Shown: positions 11,974-27,625 of the stretch, one piece after another
How positions within the stretch are numbered: the stretch's first letter is position 1
Layout of the letters: the number at the start of each line of letters is the position of its first letter
Source: the human T2T-CHM13v2.0 reference genome, Homo sapiens
Length of the DNA stretch: 64,000 nucleotides
NCBI RefSeq assembly: GCF_009914755.1
Contig: NC_060926.1
Direction: 5' to 3' (one strand)
Position numbers and translations under genes: made by a program
Notes under the pieces: generated by a model
The model's database searches: none
Told to the model about the DNA's origin: nothing
Seen by the model: the letters and a program-made list of their open reading frames with translations, nothing else

Positions 11974-14127
11974 CACAAACTTGCATTTTAGAAAGGCCAC
12001 TCTGGGGACAGCACTGGGTGGTCAGGGGAGGTGGAATAGGGAACAGGGAGACTGGTGGGAGGTGGTGATCACAGGCTGTACCAGGTCCCAGGGGCTCTGG
12101 CCAAATTGGGTGCCTTTCTGCATCAGGCTGGATGGGATGCCCCTGGGCCTGACACCCTCCAGGGCTGCCTGTCTTCTCCAAGGCTCTTGCTTACTCAGGT
12201 CCAGAATTTCCCTCCTGGGCAGTTTGCTCCTTCCGGACACTGGGCTCCCCTTCTATCATTGCAGTGTTCAAGAAAGTGGTGGGACGGGAGGGGACGGCAT
12301 TGTGAACAGGTGTGCACTCTTCTGAGCTAAATGGAAGGACCGTGTCTTCTGCCATGATGCTGTGGGCCACAGGGAACCAAGGCTGGGCCCTGAGATTCTG
12401 CAGGGCAGGTGGGTCTCTGTTGCTGTCCCAGTGTTAACCCCAGACCTCAGGGAAGCTGCGGCTCCTGGTGGCCGGTGACCATCACATGCCGTGGCATTTT
12501 GTAGAGGATAGGAAAGGAAGGAAACCCTTAGACAAACCAACTGATAAAGACTGGCTTATTGAAGTGAACATTGAGCAAAAGCACTGAGGGAACTGGAGAA
12601 TTAACCACAAGTTGCTACAAGGGCCCACTGAAGTCACACATACTGAGCACAGGCCAAGAACTGTGAGGTTTCCAGAGAGAATCAAAGAATCTGAGATGAG
12701 AGGAATGCAGACTGGCCACACGGGTCCAGGCACTGGTTCTGGAACCACCTGCCTACCTTCACGGTATCACCATTAATGTAGGTCACTATTCATCGGTCTC
12801 ATCTATAGTGTGTCCATGCAATTCCAATGAACCCCTTGCTTAACTGTGTTAGTCCTGAGTTACAAAGCCCTTTAGATGGACACTTGGTCACCTGCACTCA
12901 AGATTATGGGACCCAGAGTGGACAAAGCCCTCTCGGGCACGGAGACCCTCACTGTCTTGTAATCTCGAGATCTGTGCACCAGAGGCAGCCCTGCAGTGAG
13001 GAAGTGCCCCACGTGGGCAATGGAACTTTTGCTTTGGTGCTGTCCCTGCTGCTCAGGAACTGAGGTCCCTTGGGCAGGTCATTGACTTTCTCTGAATGGC
13101 TGTTTCTGTTTGCTCAGCCATAAAATGGAGGCTTGGATGGACTCAGTGAGCCCTATCATCTTTGCAAACCCAGACTTACAAATTCTAGACTGTGGCCTCC
13201 TGTGCAGAGGAGATCACGTGCCCCCTTGGGCCTAGCTCAGGTGCTTAGGATGCTCTTAGCAGACTCAGGGCACCTCCTGTTTGCTCTTGTGGGGGTCTGT
13301 GTGGACAAGAGCATCCAGACCTACTTTTCTGGAAGAGCTGCCCCACAACAATAGATGACTGAGGGCAGTTCAGGGCTCTCCGGGGTGTATGTCTTCGTCA
13401 GACGTAGAACCATTGGCACAGCCTGCAGCTTCTGACTCCAGACTCAGTGCTCTTCCTTGGAACCCCAGGTCTTTCCAGCAAGAATAGAGGCTTCTGCGGC
13501 AGTCAGAGTGAAGCAGACGAGCTTAGTGCAGTGGTGAGGTAAAGGGTGCCTTGTGGGATCAGTGCAGAAAGCCTGAGGCTTCCATTCCATTCTCTCATTC
13601 CCCACTGCCATCTGTGCCTGCCATGAGCTGTGTTTACCAGACTTCCAGGATGATTAGGGAGAGTCGTTTCTCTACCTCCTGGTTCAAGGTCTGGTCCGCA
13701 GGTGGTGGAGATAAAACTTCCCTGGAAGGCTGCTGTAATAGCCAATGCAGATAGTGGCAGATTGTGCATCTTAAAATGTGATTGCAAAATCAATAAGCCA
13801 ATTACAGTGGTTAAATCTTTGCCTTTTCAGAGCTGCTTGCAAAGCTGAGTTGCTCTTTGCTTCACCAGCCGGCCTGTGGCTCAGACTCCAGGGCTGTGTT
13901 AGGGGGTCGGTGGAGGCACCGTTTGAGCTCTTCTTTGGGAGCCCTGCCCCCACTTCCTGACCTCCTCTCCATGGCCCTCAGTAGAAAAGCAGTTGCTAAA
14001 AACTCTGCTTGCAAGTGTTGGAGATGGGGATGGGAGATAAGGACATTTTCCAGCAGCTGGGTCCCTTCCTATCTATCATTACATCTTAACAACCCTGTGA
14101 CCTAAGCATCAGTATTATTTCCCATAG

Positions 14128-14620
14128 TTGTATTACTTTTCCCTTACTACATAGCAAAGCTTCCCAAAACTCAGTGGCATAAAAAAACCACCACCGTCTG
14201 TTTAGCCTATGATTCTGCTGGGTGGTTCTTTTGGTCCGGACTGGGCTAGGCTAATCTCAGCTGGGCCTGCTCATGGATCTGTAGTCAGTTGGTAGGTCAG
14301 CTGGAAGCCCATTTATCCTGAATGGCCTCATTCACAAGTCTGGGAGTGTGCTGGCTCTTGGTTGGGGCACTGAGGGGCTGGGCCATGTTGGGCCATGTGT
14401 CTCTCTTCCTCCAGCAGGCTAGCTTGGCTTGTTCACGTGGCAATGTCAGGCCTCTAAGAGCAGCAAGAATGGAAGCTGAAGGTTTCTCTTGGTCTAGACT
14501 TAATATTGGTTCAATATCACTTCTTCTATGTTCTGTTGGTCAAAGCAAACCACTGGGCCAGCCCAGAACAAGTGTTTTTTTTTTTTTTTTTCTGCAAAAA
14601 ATGGTGGTCATTTTTGTGAT
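14128..14620 (-). mobile_element. MLT1-type (MaLR) LTR
   Basis: cccaaaactcagtggcataaaa...ctcttcctccagcaggctagcttggcttgttcac...ttggtcaaagcaa are typical MLT1H/I/J antisense phrases. Confidence 0.65.
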
Positions 14621-14768
14621 CTACCACTTGAGGAAGATGAGGTTCAAAGACTTTCTCAGCAGCTTGCCAAGGCCATGCAATGGGAGTTGGAGCCCAACCT
14701 GTGCTTCCTCCACACTATATTTGGTGTGTGACCCCAGCAGGGGAACCTCCACTTTTAAAGTCAAGAGA

Positions 14769-15090
14769 CTAATCCCAGAACTGTGGGAGGCCAAGGCAGG
14801 AGGGTCACTTAAGCCCAGGAATTTGACCAGTCTGGGCAGCATGCTGAGGCCTCCATCTCTACAAAATAAAAATAAAAAAAAATAAAAAAAATTAGTTGGG
14901 CTTCGTGGCACATACCTGTAGTCCCACCTTCTTTGGAGGCTGAGGCAGGAGGATCACTTGAGCCCAGGAGGTCGAGACCACAGTGAGCTGTGATTGAGCC
15001 ATTGTACTCCAGCCTGGGCAACGTATTGAGACCTTGTCTCTTATAAATATATACATATATACACATATAAATACATACATACATAAAGTG
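14769..15090 (+). mobile_element. AluJ, 5'-truncated, with a (TA/TACA)n tail
   Basis: taatcccagaactgtgggagg...gcccaggaggtcgagaccacagtgagc carries AluJ-type positions. Confidence 0.88.
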
Positions 15091-16901
15091 AAGACAGTAA
15101 TGCCCAACTCAGATAAATGAACGCATAATGTGGAGTTTGGGGCAGCAATGGCTGATGGCAGCTGGGAGTGTGGGGATGGAGGGGTTCTTAAATTGTATCA
15201 GGAGCATTCACTTCATGTGGCTGTTGAGCCTCCCTGGCTGTGGGGCTGGGCTTGAGGTAAAGAGCTTGTGTGTGTACTGGGGGCCCATCTCTCCCCAACT
15301 TTCCCCACTGCCTGCTTCCTCCACAGCTGCATTCTCATTCTTCCAGCCTCATTGTGTCATGTTGGAGTGTGTGTGTTACATCAGAAGCCATGCTCCATCC
15401 TGTTGGAAGTAATGAGGTTGAAAAAGACACATTCATTTCAAATGGATTTCTGTTGACAATGCTTACAGCTAGTATTTACTTCAGTATTTCTAAATAATAT
15501 GCTGACACTGCTATTTCTTGGTTAATCAATTCTAAACATTGTCTATTGACTGCATTGGAAGCTAGTGAAGTAGCCCTCCACAGACTTCCCTGCCCTGGCC
15601 CTTCCCCCATCTTCAGTACACTCTTATCACAATTTTTGGTTAAATCAATAGCCAGTATGTACATTACTATGGCAGTGAATTGTGTTTACTGCTAAGTGAA
15701 GTAGACGATAATGTTTCCTGGACTGAATATGTGCATATTTCCCCTTTATTTAGATTTCTTTGTACCCACCTCTGTTTTTCTCAGTCTTCACCAGAGCAGT
15801 TATATATGAATCAATGTTACTTTCCAAATAGTCAAATTGCCCTTCTACCAACCCCCTTTTCTCCTGGACCCTCCCATGGGGGTTTTTTGGCTCTAGGCTG
15901 CTCCCTAGACATCCTCTCCTCATCCCAGCCAATCCCAGGGCTTGCTTGGGATGGATTCCGGGTGTCGTGTCTTCCTTTCCTGTTTCATGCCGCCATTCTG
16001 CTGAAGCATATCCTCTAGTAGCTTCCTAAGAACAGGTTCTTGGGGGATAAAATTTTAGAGTCCTTGCATATCTGAAAATGTTTCTTCCAGACTGTGAAAC
16101 ATGAGTCTGTGTGAAAGTGATTCATTGAGAAAATACTGCCAGAGAGTGGGGACTGCAGGGAAGGGAAGGGAGGAAGCTCAGCGGGTGTGCTTTCAGGTGC
16201 AGTGCTGGTCTCAGCTTGATGGGGGGGCCCTGGAGGGGAAAGGACACGACAGGGTTTGTCCTGCAAGGGCACTGAGATTTCACACTGCTGCCCGGGGCAG
16301 GCATTAGCTCTAGGTCCCCTGTAAGCAAGGACAGACATAAGGAGAAACCTTAACTCCAGGCACTGTCTGGGCCCGAGGGTACTGGCCTGGAGTCCCCTGC
16401 AGGCTGAGACTCTGGAAGCAGGCATGTGGCAGCAGCTGGTGGTGCAGGGCTGGAAAAGGCCGGCTGGGGGCCCTGGACCAAATACTGCCGGGGGCTGCTC
16501 TGTTCTTTGCCTTGGTTGGCAGTTTGGCAGCTATATCAGCAGAGTCCAATGCTCAGTGCAGGATACACAAATTGCAATTGCTAGAAGGACTATATAGGAG
16601 CAATTTCTAGGTGGGGCCTCTAGGAATGATTTTTCAGAACAATATAGAACTGCCCCCTAGGGAGCAGCTCCCCTCAGGCAGCCTCTGCAGCCCCATCAGC
16701 CAGGGTCTGGAGCCACTCTTACACCAGCAGCCTCTGCACCCCTGGAACCTGGGGGCTGGACCCTCTAAGCTTCCACTAGGCTCAGAGTCATAGAGAAAGA
16801 AGCCACCTCCACCACTGCCACTGCTTGGTGTTGTGCCAGGAAGCAGCTGAAGGAACCTGGGACTCGTTAAAAAAAGGCAACCCCTTCTGAATGAGGACTG
16901 A

Positions 16902-19214
<2,313 letters not shown>

Positions 19215-19239
19215 TGCCCAGCCTTTTTAAATAGGAGGG

Positions 19240-19960
19240 TAAATTGGAGGTTGGGCAAGCAATACAAATACCCTACAGCTGGGTATGGAATTCCACATTC
19301 AACAACAACATTTTTTTTTTCCTTGGGAATTTTGAAGGTGCTGCTCCACTATGTTCTAGCTTCTGGGTTAACTGCAGAAAAATCTAACTCCACTCTAATT
19401 CCTTTATAAGCGACTTTCTTTCCACTGCCCCCACTTCACCCCACCAAAGCTCTGAGGATCTACTCTGTTACCCTGACATTTGGAAATGTTACAGTGATGT
19501 ACGTTGGTTTTTCTTGTCTTTTTTTTGTTGTTTTTGTTGCACTGGCCATGCAATGATTGCAAACTCATGAGTTGGGAAAGGTTTAATAGCATTTATTGAT
19601 AATCTCCTCATCTTTGTCATTCTCTATGTCTGGATTATCTCTTAGATAGCAGATCTTTTGAATCGGCCCTTTAAGCTTCTTACTTTTCTATTTTCCATCT
19701 TTTTTTGTTCTACTTTGTGTATTTTTTGTTCTACTTTTTGTCTTTTTGTTCTACTTACTTCAGCCATTATAATTTTAATTCCCAAGAGTTCTTTGTGCAT
19801 CTGTTACTTTTTCACAGAACTCTATTCTTGTTCTGTGTCTGCAATATCTTTCTGACTTTATTTTTTCCTCCCTTTCCCCCCGATTGCTTTAGTTTCTTTT
19901 TTTCCCTGTTGGAGGATTTCCTCAAATGTTTGGTGACTGTTGGCTGCCAATTTGTATTTA
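19240..19960 (-). mobile_element. Degraded old L1 (L1ME-like) fragments
   Basis: T-rich antisense ORF1-like text (gctgggtatggaatt...ttttgaaggtgctgctccactatgttctagcttctgg). Confidence 0.5.
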
Positions 19961-20270
19961 AGGACAAAGCACTAAAAATGAGTAGGGAGCTTTTGGGTAT
20001 GAGTGGAACCTTGCCGTATAGTGAACAGGTGATGATGGGAACTTATCCTCGGGGACCCCAAACATGAAGCCTTGGAGTCTCGTCTGCACAACAGCCCTTG
20101 TATGTACTTTCTTGGGGTAGGAGCCAGGAGTGGTCCAGGAGGTTGTGGTTTCCCCATTTTGAGTGCAGACGTCATCATCCTCCACGTCTCTCTGCACATC
20201 AGGCCTTCCCTCCACTATACTTGCGGTCTCAGTGAGGAGTGAGGGTCCTTGAGTGTCTAGTGCCATTATC

Positions 20271-20665
20271 ACTGAATGTTAGTATTCCCCACAGTTCATG
20301 TGCTGGAAACTTAATCCCCAATACTATAATGCTGAGAGGTGAGATCTCTAAGAGGTGATTAATAGACCCAAAAGACGCAGAGCTCTCAGGAATGGATTAA
20401 TGTCCCTATCAAGGGAGTGCGTTCCTTACTGAGAGAGTGTTTTTTTAAATAAGAGTTTGGTCCTCTCTTGCTCTCTCTCTGTCTCTGTCTCTCTTGCCCT
20501 CTTGTCTTCTGTCATGGGATGACATAGCACAAAGGTTTTAACTAGATGCTGGCGCCTTGATGTCGGACTTCCCAGTCTCCAGAATTGTGAGAAATACATT
20601 TCTGTTCTTTATAAATTACCCAGGCTGTGGTAGTCTGTTTTAGCAGCACAAAACAGACGAAGACA
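20271..20665 (+). mobile_element. MST-type (MaLR) solo LTR
   Basis: gaaacttaatccccaat...ggacttcccagtctccagaattgtgagaaatacatttctgttctttataaattaccca...gaagaca. Confidence 0.8.
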
Positions 20666-21655
20666 CGAACTTTTGCCAGTACCAGGATTTCCGCCCCCAG
20701 GCCAGCCCAGGCTGCATCTGTTGTCCTGGTATAATTATTAATAGCACCCCTCCCCAGATTGTCTTGGCTGGAATAATACATTTTGTGGCCCACGCTTCCT
20801 GCTGCCCCTCAGGTGTGCTCTGGGCTCCCCTCTCCTGGGCCCAGAGGGTGGCTTGGGGCCAGGGATCACTTCCTCTTGGCATTGCCTCTGTGCCTCACTG
20901 AGGGCAGCTGCCTGGGCTCTCCAGCTCAGTTACTCTCCTCCATCCATTTTCTAGATTCCAAAATGTATTGCATTCTTGGATTTGCTGCTGTCTTCTCTCC
21001 CATTCTCTCAGTCCTTATGAGCTTATATATATATATTTAAATCTATTGATATCATTTTAGTGGTGTGTTGTGAGAGAGAGCTGACAATGCATGTGATTGA
21101 TCTTCCCTGTGTATGTGTGAGTCTGGGGTCATGCACGACCAGTTGTAAGAATTGTAGTGCTCCCGCTCACCCCAGCTGTGGCCGCTCAGAAGTTTACCTC
21201 ACACGTGTTTTCTGTGTGCTGTTGTGTGCGGTTTGCTGGCTCCCGAGGCATTTACAACCCATGAGGTGTTTGTGGATGCCTCCTACGCACCTGGCAGTAT
21301 GCTGGCGAAGGGCATGGGGCACTGGGCAAGATGGTAACTCCTGCCCATGGGGGGCTTATGTTCTGTGGAGGACAGCAGGTCTTGGGCGGTAGTGCCAAGG
21401 CAGGTAACACACTGGCTTGAGATAAGCCTGCTGGGGCTAGACACTGTTAGGGGTGCAAGGCTTAAAAGGATGGCTTCAGCAACAGGAATTCTGAAGCTTT
21501 GTGAAAAAGAAAGTAGTCTGATGTCCCTCAAAGCCTCCTCCCTTTTCTTCTTACCCTGCAGTGGGCCAGAGATGCCAAAGGGGCCACCTCCTGCCTCCTC
21601 AGGAAAATCTACAGCAGCTTTTGATGAGCTGGTCAGGGATGGTTCTAGTTCATAT

Positions 21656-22516
21656 CAATGCAGGACTTTTCTTGGCCCCTTCGCCAGACTCGCGGCAGGG
21701 GTGCCTGGTCTACTCGGCTCGCTGTTCTCAGCCCCTTGCAGGAGGGAGCACTTGAGCAAGTGAGTGCAGGATCCAGCCGGCCACTCCACTGACACAGGAG
21801 CAAGCTCTGTGCAGGGCCCGCAGCCAGACCAGGTGTGTGGCTTCGAGGGGAATGCAGCAGCGCCCAGACAAGGGTAGCCATGACCCTGAAGCCCCAGAGA
21901 GGGTATTAGCATGCTAATTAGCTCTTTTAGTTCTGCCATCCACAGCCCGATGGATGGTGGTGCGTTAGCAGCTCAGTCAGCCCCTTGCCCCATCTCATGG
22001 GGCAGCTGTCCTCCACCGGTGAGGGCATAGGGCCAGTGTGACAGCCTCTCCGGGTACCCGCACTCGGTAGGTCCTGAGCTCTTGTCCAGCATCCAAGAAG
22101 AATGAGGTCACGTTTGATGATTGAAGGATGGTGAGGGTGGAGAATTTTATTGAGTGATGAAAACAGCTCTCAGTGGAGAGGGGAGCTAGAGAGGGGATGG
22201 GAAGGGCAGGTCATCTTCTCCCAAAGTCAGGAGGTCTCCTCCCCAAAGTCAGGCTGTCTTCCCTCTACTGACTGAGTCTAGGGTATTTATAGGTACCACA
22301 TAGGGGCCGGTGGGCCACAGGTAGTATTGGAAAAGGCAACATTCGATTGGTTAAAAGGCATTATTCAGAAGGAACCAACTGGGAGAGAGCAGGCAAACAG
22401 GAATAGAAGTTCTCACTCTGGTCTGTGGGTTTCAGACTGTTTTTGGCTTGAATGTCGGGTTTCACTGGGGACCTGCCCCTGTCTGCCTAGGATTTCTCTC
22501 CTTCCTGCTTCTATTA
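21656..22516 (-). mobile_element. ERV1 solo LTR (LTR27/LTR28/MER52 group)
   Basis: Resembles the recalled consensus (atgcaggacttttcttggccccttcgccagactc...ttggaaaaggcaacattcgattgg). Minus-strand AATAAA near 22145; 4-bp TSD atat at 21652-21655 and 22517-22520. Confidence 0.75.
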
Positions 22517-22734
22517 ATATGCTCTTGGAGCATAGTGAGAATTTTCTTTCGTTGAGTCAGATTTGCTTAAGGCATGATGAGAACATGGTGGTGGAGCCGC
22601 TGGCACTTCTCCTAGTGTCTAAGGAGAAAGAATTGAGTTCAAGGCAGATCCTCCTCTGGCCCCAGCAGATCAAGTGTGACCCAATTTCATTCACTTCAGA
22701 TGAGTTCCTTGAGCCTTCGTTGCACATTGCCCTG

Positions 22735-23655
22735 GATTAGTTTTCTGTGCTGTGTAACAAATCGCCAGGACACAGCAGCTTAAAGAAACACCTATTTTTT
22801 TGCTCCTCCTTCTGTAAGTCAAAAGTCCAGCTTGCTGTGGCTGAGCATCCTGCTCAGGGAATCACGATGGGAGAATGAAGGTTTTGATTGGACTGAGTCC
22901 TCTTCTGGAGGCTGGGGGCGGGGTGGGAAAACTCTTCCTAGCTCATTCTTTGTTGCCAGGACTCGGTTCTTTGTGGTTGCAGGACTAAGGTGCTGTTCCC
23001 TTGCTGCTGTCAGCTGGGGCTGCTCTCAGCTTCTGAAGGCTGCTGCACCGTTTGCCAGGTGGCCTGTCTGTCTTCAGGCCAGCAAAGGCACAGAGAGTCC
23101 TTCTCATGCTTCCAAGCTCTGACTTGCTCTTCTGTCGCTAGCAGAGGAAGGACACTCTCTACTTTAAAGGGCTCATGCAGGGGCTGGGCGTGGTGGCTCA
23201 TGCCTGTAATCCCAGCACCTTGGGAGGCCGAGGAGGGTGAATCACAAGGTCAGGAGTTTGAGACCAATTTGGCCAATATGGTGAAACCCCATCTCTACTA
23301 AAAATACAAAAATTAGCTGGGTGAGGTGGTGCGAGCCTGTAGTTCCAGCTACTTGGGAGGCTGAGGCAGAAGAATCGCTTGAACTCGGGAGGCGGCGGTT
23401 GCAGTGAGACTGCGCCACTGCACTCCAGCCTGGGCAGCAGAGGGAGACTCCATCTCAATAAATAAATAAATAAATGGCTCATGCAATCAGGTCAGGCCCA
23501 CCAGAACCATCTCCCAATCTTAGAGTCAGTGTGTCACATGATAGAACTTAATCTCAGGAGCAAAGTCCATCATATTCTTAGTCTCAGGATTATGCAGGAT
23601 GTGCACTCTTGGGAGTTGAAAATCTGAATGGCTACATGAGTTCTGGTCACCACAT
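22735..23655 (-). mobile_element. MLT1E/F-type LTR interrupted by an Alu
   Basis: ctgtgtaacaaat...gttctttgtggttgcaggactaagg...ggctcatg continues on both sides of the Alu. Confidence 0.65.
23182..23471 (+). mobile_element. AluS element with a (TAAA)n tail
   Basis: Dimer; TSD aaa(g/t)ggctcatgca at 23166-23179 and 23472-23485. Confidence 0.95.
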
Positions 23656-25064
23656 GCCTTGAGCTAGATTCCATGTGGGGCAGGGACTTGGTCTGGGCCC
23701 TTTGAGAATGTGCTGTGTCCAGGGACATGAGACCAACACAGGTGAACTCAGCCTGGGATATGGAGGGAGTGTCTGGAGAGCTGTCATGAACTAGCTGGGA
23801 GAGCTCTCTCCCTCTCCCTGGGGCTCAGCATGTAAATGGCTAAATTGGGATGGACAAACTGGCCAACTGTGATTGCTTGGTAGTGGCTGTTTGGGGTGCT
23901 CTATTGAGCCTATGAGGTTAGCCTGGGCCCTGGCAGGGAAGCATGTGGTGATTGATTAGCTATGTCTGTCAAGGACATTGGGTGGGAGGCCAATCGTTCT
24001 CTTGTCATCTATTTACTGAGCCTGGAATCAGTGACTTTTCAGCCTTTTCAGTTCATGTATTCAGCACAGAATCACTGATGCCTCCTCTGTGCCGGGAGAA
24101 TTCTTTAGAGGAGCAAGGGTATGTGACCCAGTGCTCAGATGCATGTTCTCCATGGAGTTTCAGGGGGCCACCATGTCTGTGCTGAGTTATCAGGGAGGCT
24201 TTTGGGGGTGGGGTGGGATAGAGCTTTGACTGGACTATGGGGGGTGGAGCAACAGGGGCTCAAGACCGGGATGCTGGGGTGAAAGGAAAGGAAGGCAGAA
24301 AATGAACATTCCTGATGCTGATGCCCAGGGCATCCATGCTACCCGTAGCTCACATCCATCTTACCCTGCTGGATGGATGGCATATTCCTACCTAATGAGT
24401 AAGAAACCTGAGGCTCACTGAATGTAAGTTGCTTACCTGAGACCACACAGTGGGCAGAACCATAAAAAAAGCCTTTGGCCCTTTAACAGTATTAAGCATT
24501 GGGATGCCGGGTGAAGGGCAGGGAGAGCAAGAGAGAGCCCTGCCTCCTTCCTCCATCCCCCTCCTGACTTGACAGTCATTTACCCACTGACCGATAATCC
24601 CCCTTGAGGCAGAGAGGATGGGGCCTGGTGTGTATTTGCCACCTATCAGCGATAAAACACCCCCTTTGTACAGAGGAAGTTGATAGTGGAAGGGTCAGGC
24701 TGGTTGCTTCTGGGTTTGATTCCTAATCACGTTTTAAATCCCTGGTGCCTTGTGAAATAAACATGATTAACTCCAGGAGCTGGCTCGCCAAGCCTGGCAG
24801 AGAGGAGTGGCCCAGAGCACCGGGGGACAGCTAATTTGATCAGAGGTTGTGATTTCCTCCTCTTGCCTCAGTGTCCAGGGCAGATAAAATGAAGGGAGGG
24901 CGGCGCTGCTTAATTAACCCTGTAATTCTTGCACGGGCTAATTAGCATATAGATGAGGGTGCCTCTCCAGCCTGTTTCTGGCAGGCCTCCTGTCTTTGTG
25001 AGGGGTGCGGGCTGCTCCCTGGGCGGCGGCACAGGCCCAACACTTCTGTTTTCTTTTTATTTAC

Positions 25065-25300
25065 TTATTTATTTTTAATTTTTTTGAGGTAAGAGCATGT
25101 ATCATGAGACTTCTCCTCTTAACAGGATTTTGGGTGCAACCGTGCTCTGAGGTCTCCAGAACGCACTCCTCTTGCTGGCCTGGAGCAGGATTAGTTCCTC
25201 CCTACGCCCCTCCCACAGCCCCTGGCTGCCACTCTGTGATTCTATGAATTTGACCCTGGTAGGCCCCTCATTGAGGTGGAATCATGCAGGATTTGTTTCT
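25065..25300 (-). mobile_element. L1MA/L1MB 3'-end fragment
   Basis: T-rich tail followed by cccacagcccctggc...tctatgaatttgac...ggaatcatgcaggatttg. Confidence 0.55.
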
Positions 25301-26679
25301 TCTGAGCCGTGTTCTAGTCTTATACCAGTCCTGACAGAATTTGCTCTAAAGGTCAGAGTGCTGGCCAGCTCCCCGAGATGGGGGCAACAGGAGGGGAATG
25401 GGGGCGGGAGTGGATCTTGCTGACCCAAGAAAGAGGGTCTGTGAATTTTGACACAAACCCTAGACCAGGGCTTTAGGATAAGATTGCCAGGGGCTACTTG
25501 GTTTTCTGGTTCTGGCATTCAGGTTCCTCCAGGGTGGATTCTCCTACCTTGGGGTCTCCACCAGCCAGTCCTCCTGGGCCATGCTCCGAGCTGGCTGTCA
25601 AGAGTGCTCAGGAGGAGGGGTCCTCGGACATGAACCGACTCAGCTATGCATAGAAAGGTGGTTTTCTCTGCTTTGGCTTTTCTGGAGACGCCTCCGTTAC
25701 CTCTCCAGCTCCCTTGTTCAGGTTGCTGTGTTCAAAGCTTGGGGAATCTCGGAAGCTTCCCTCCTGGAGCTTGTTTGTGGCATCACCCGTCCGCATTCCC
25801 ATCTGGTGACCAGGCTCTCGGAATACAAAGCCTAGCTATTTGTTTTGGTGGGTTGGAGGTCTCCCCCTGAGGGCCTGGCAGAGGCACTTCAGCATGGCAC
25901 AGCATGGGGTGGGGTGACAGTTGGAGCCCCAGGCCTGGCAGAGGCAGGAGCACTGTGAGCCTCACTCATCCCACCCAGCCCTCAGCCCTTCCCAGCCTCC
26001 CTGGGAGGTCCACCCGCACCCTGTCCAGTTCTCACCCTGCTTTTCCTGACAGCTCTGGGAGTTCTGCCCACTGCAGGATGTGGACCTTTGACTGATGAGA
26101 GCAGTATTTGTTTAACAGATTCTGGATTTGAGCTCAGTCTGGGCTGAGGGTGTGCATGTGTATGGGTGTAAGTGTGCCCTGATGCACACAAGCATCCACA
26201 AAGGAGGCGATGATCCCGCCTGGCACCCACTTGGCTTCTCCTAGACCCACTGGAGCAGAAGGAGCACTCCCCAGGGAACAGAACTGCCAGCCCAGGGACG
26301 CTGACACCCTCCTCCCATCCTCCCCACACTCCATCCCCTGACCACTCTCCTTTTGGGGTTATCGCTTACATGAATGTGGCATGGCGTTTTATTGGTAACA
26401 ACAATAATATTTATTGGCCCCAAGTTTCTCATTTGTGCAATGGGGATGAGGATACCCACTTTATAGATGCTACCTCTCATCCTGACAAGAAGAACCTCAC
26501 AGCGGGGGACTGTTTCCCCATTTTACAGATAAGGCTGTCGGGCTGAGTGGCCACCGCTTGCTTGAGAAGCCAGAGCTGGGAACAGGGTCTGAAGTCAAAT
26601 ACAGATCTATGGGGCGCTGAGCTTCCTGTGCCCCCAGCAGGAGGAGAGGATGGGGGGCTTCCATGCAGGGCCTGGCAAG

Positions 26680-26682
<3 letters not shown>

Positions 26683-26723
<41 letters not shown>

Positions 26724-26782
26724 CTGTGTGCACATGTGTGTGCACATGCGTGTGTGTGTGCTCATGCATGTGTGTGCACGTG
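26683..26782. repeat. (TG)19 microsatellite plus a degenerate purine-pyrimidine tract
   Basis: Perfect TG run at 26683-26720, followed by tgtgcacatg-type alternation. Confidence 0.95.
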
Positions 26783-27104
26783 GTCCATCGCCAGCAGTCT
26801 GGCAGGGATGTTCTGTGCAGGATGTGACAGTCTCACCAGCTAAGGAAGGGCCCGCTCATGCTTTCACTTGTCATGGTGGGAGTGGGGTGTGTAGAGCTTA
26901 CAAGTAGCCAGACATTTTTTAAATTGATTTTTTTTGAGATAACTGTAAAACCATATGAAGTTTTAAGAAATAATAATGACCCCTTGTGGCCTTTACCTGG
27001 TTTCCTCCAGGGGTAACATTTTGCAAAGCTCTAGTATGATATCACAAACTGCATCTGGACATTGCTACAATCCACTGATGTTAATTCCAATCTCCCAGTT
27101 TTAC

Positions 27105-27133
<29 letters not shown>

Positions 27134-27137
<4 letters not shown>

Positions 27138-27625
27138 GGGTAGGAGGGATTCTGGCCAGCTGAAGGGAAATATATGACTGTAAGAGGTGGTAACACACAT
27201 CAAGCTTTATTGGGCAGCGCTGGGACAGGATTGCAGGTAGGGGAAGTCCTTCCTGACAGATGTCTGTCCAGAGGCAATAGGAGAAATCCCTACCCAGAAG
27301 GGAAGGAGGGTAAGGGACCTCCTAAGAGAGAGGGGTCGGAGAGGCTGTCTGTGTTTAAGTGACGTCCTGCAGAGTCTCTGGGGGGCAGCAGCAGCTGGGA
27401 CCTTATCAATAGGGAACAGCGGGGGTGAGGTTTTGCGGGAGATGCAAAACAGGCAATGTCTAAATGGCTAAACATTTGCCATTTGTAGGGCCTATTTTTG
27501 AAATAAAAGCATGTGTAAAATTTGAGTTTGGCACCAGTGAGCTTTAGAGCTACCAGGTCTCAGCCTGCAGAAACTAAATAATGTAGGGTTCAACACCCAG
27601 TGGTAGTCTTTGGCTCATCTATATA
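27134..27625 (-). mobile_element. Probable solo LTR, family unassigned, inserted in the TG-rich L1 3' UTR
   Basis: Starts tgaagggt immediately after (TG)15 and has a minus-strand AATAAA (ctttattg, about 27205). The TG-rich L1 sequence resumes at about 27630. The right boundary is uncertain. Confidence 0.45.
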
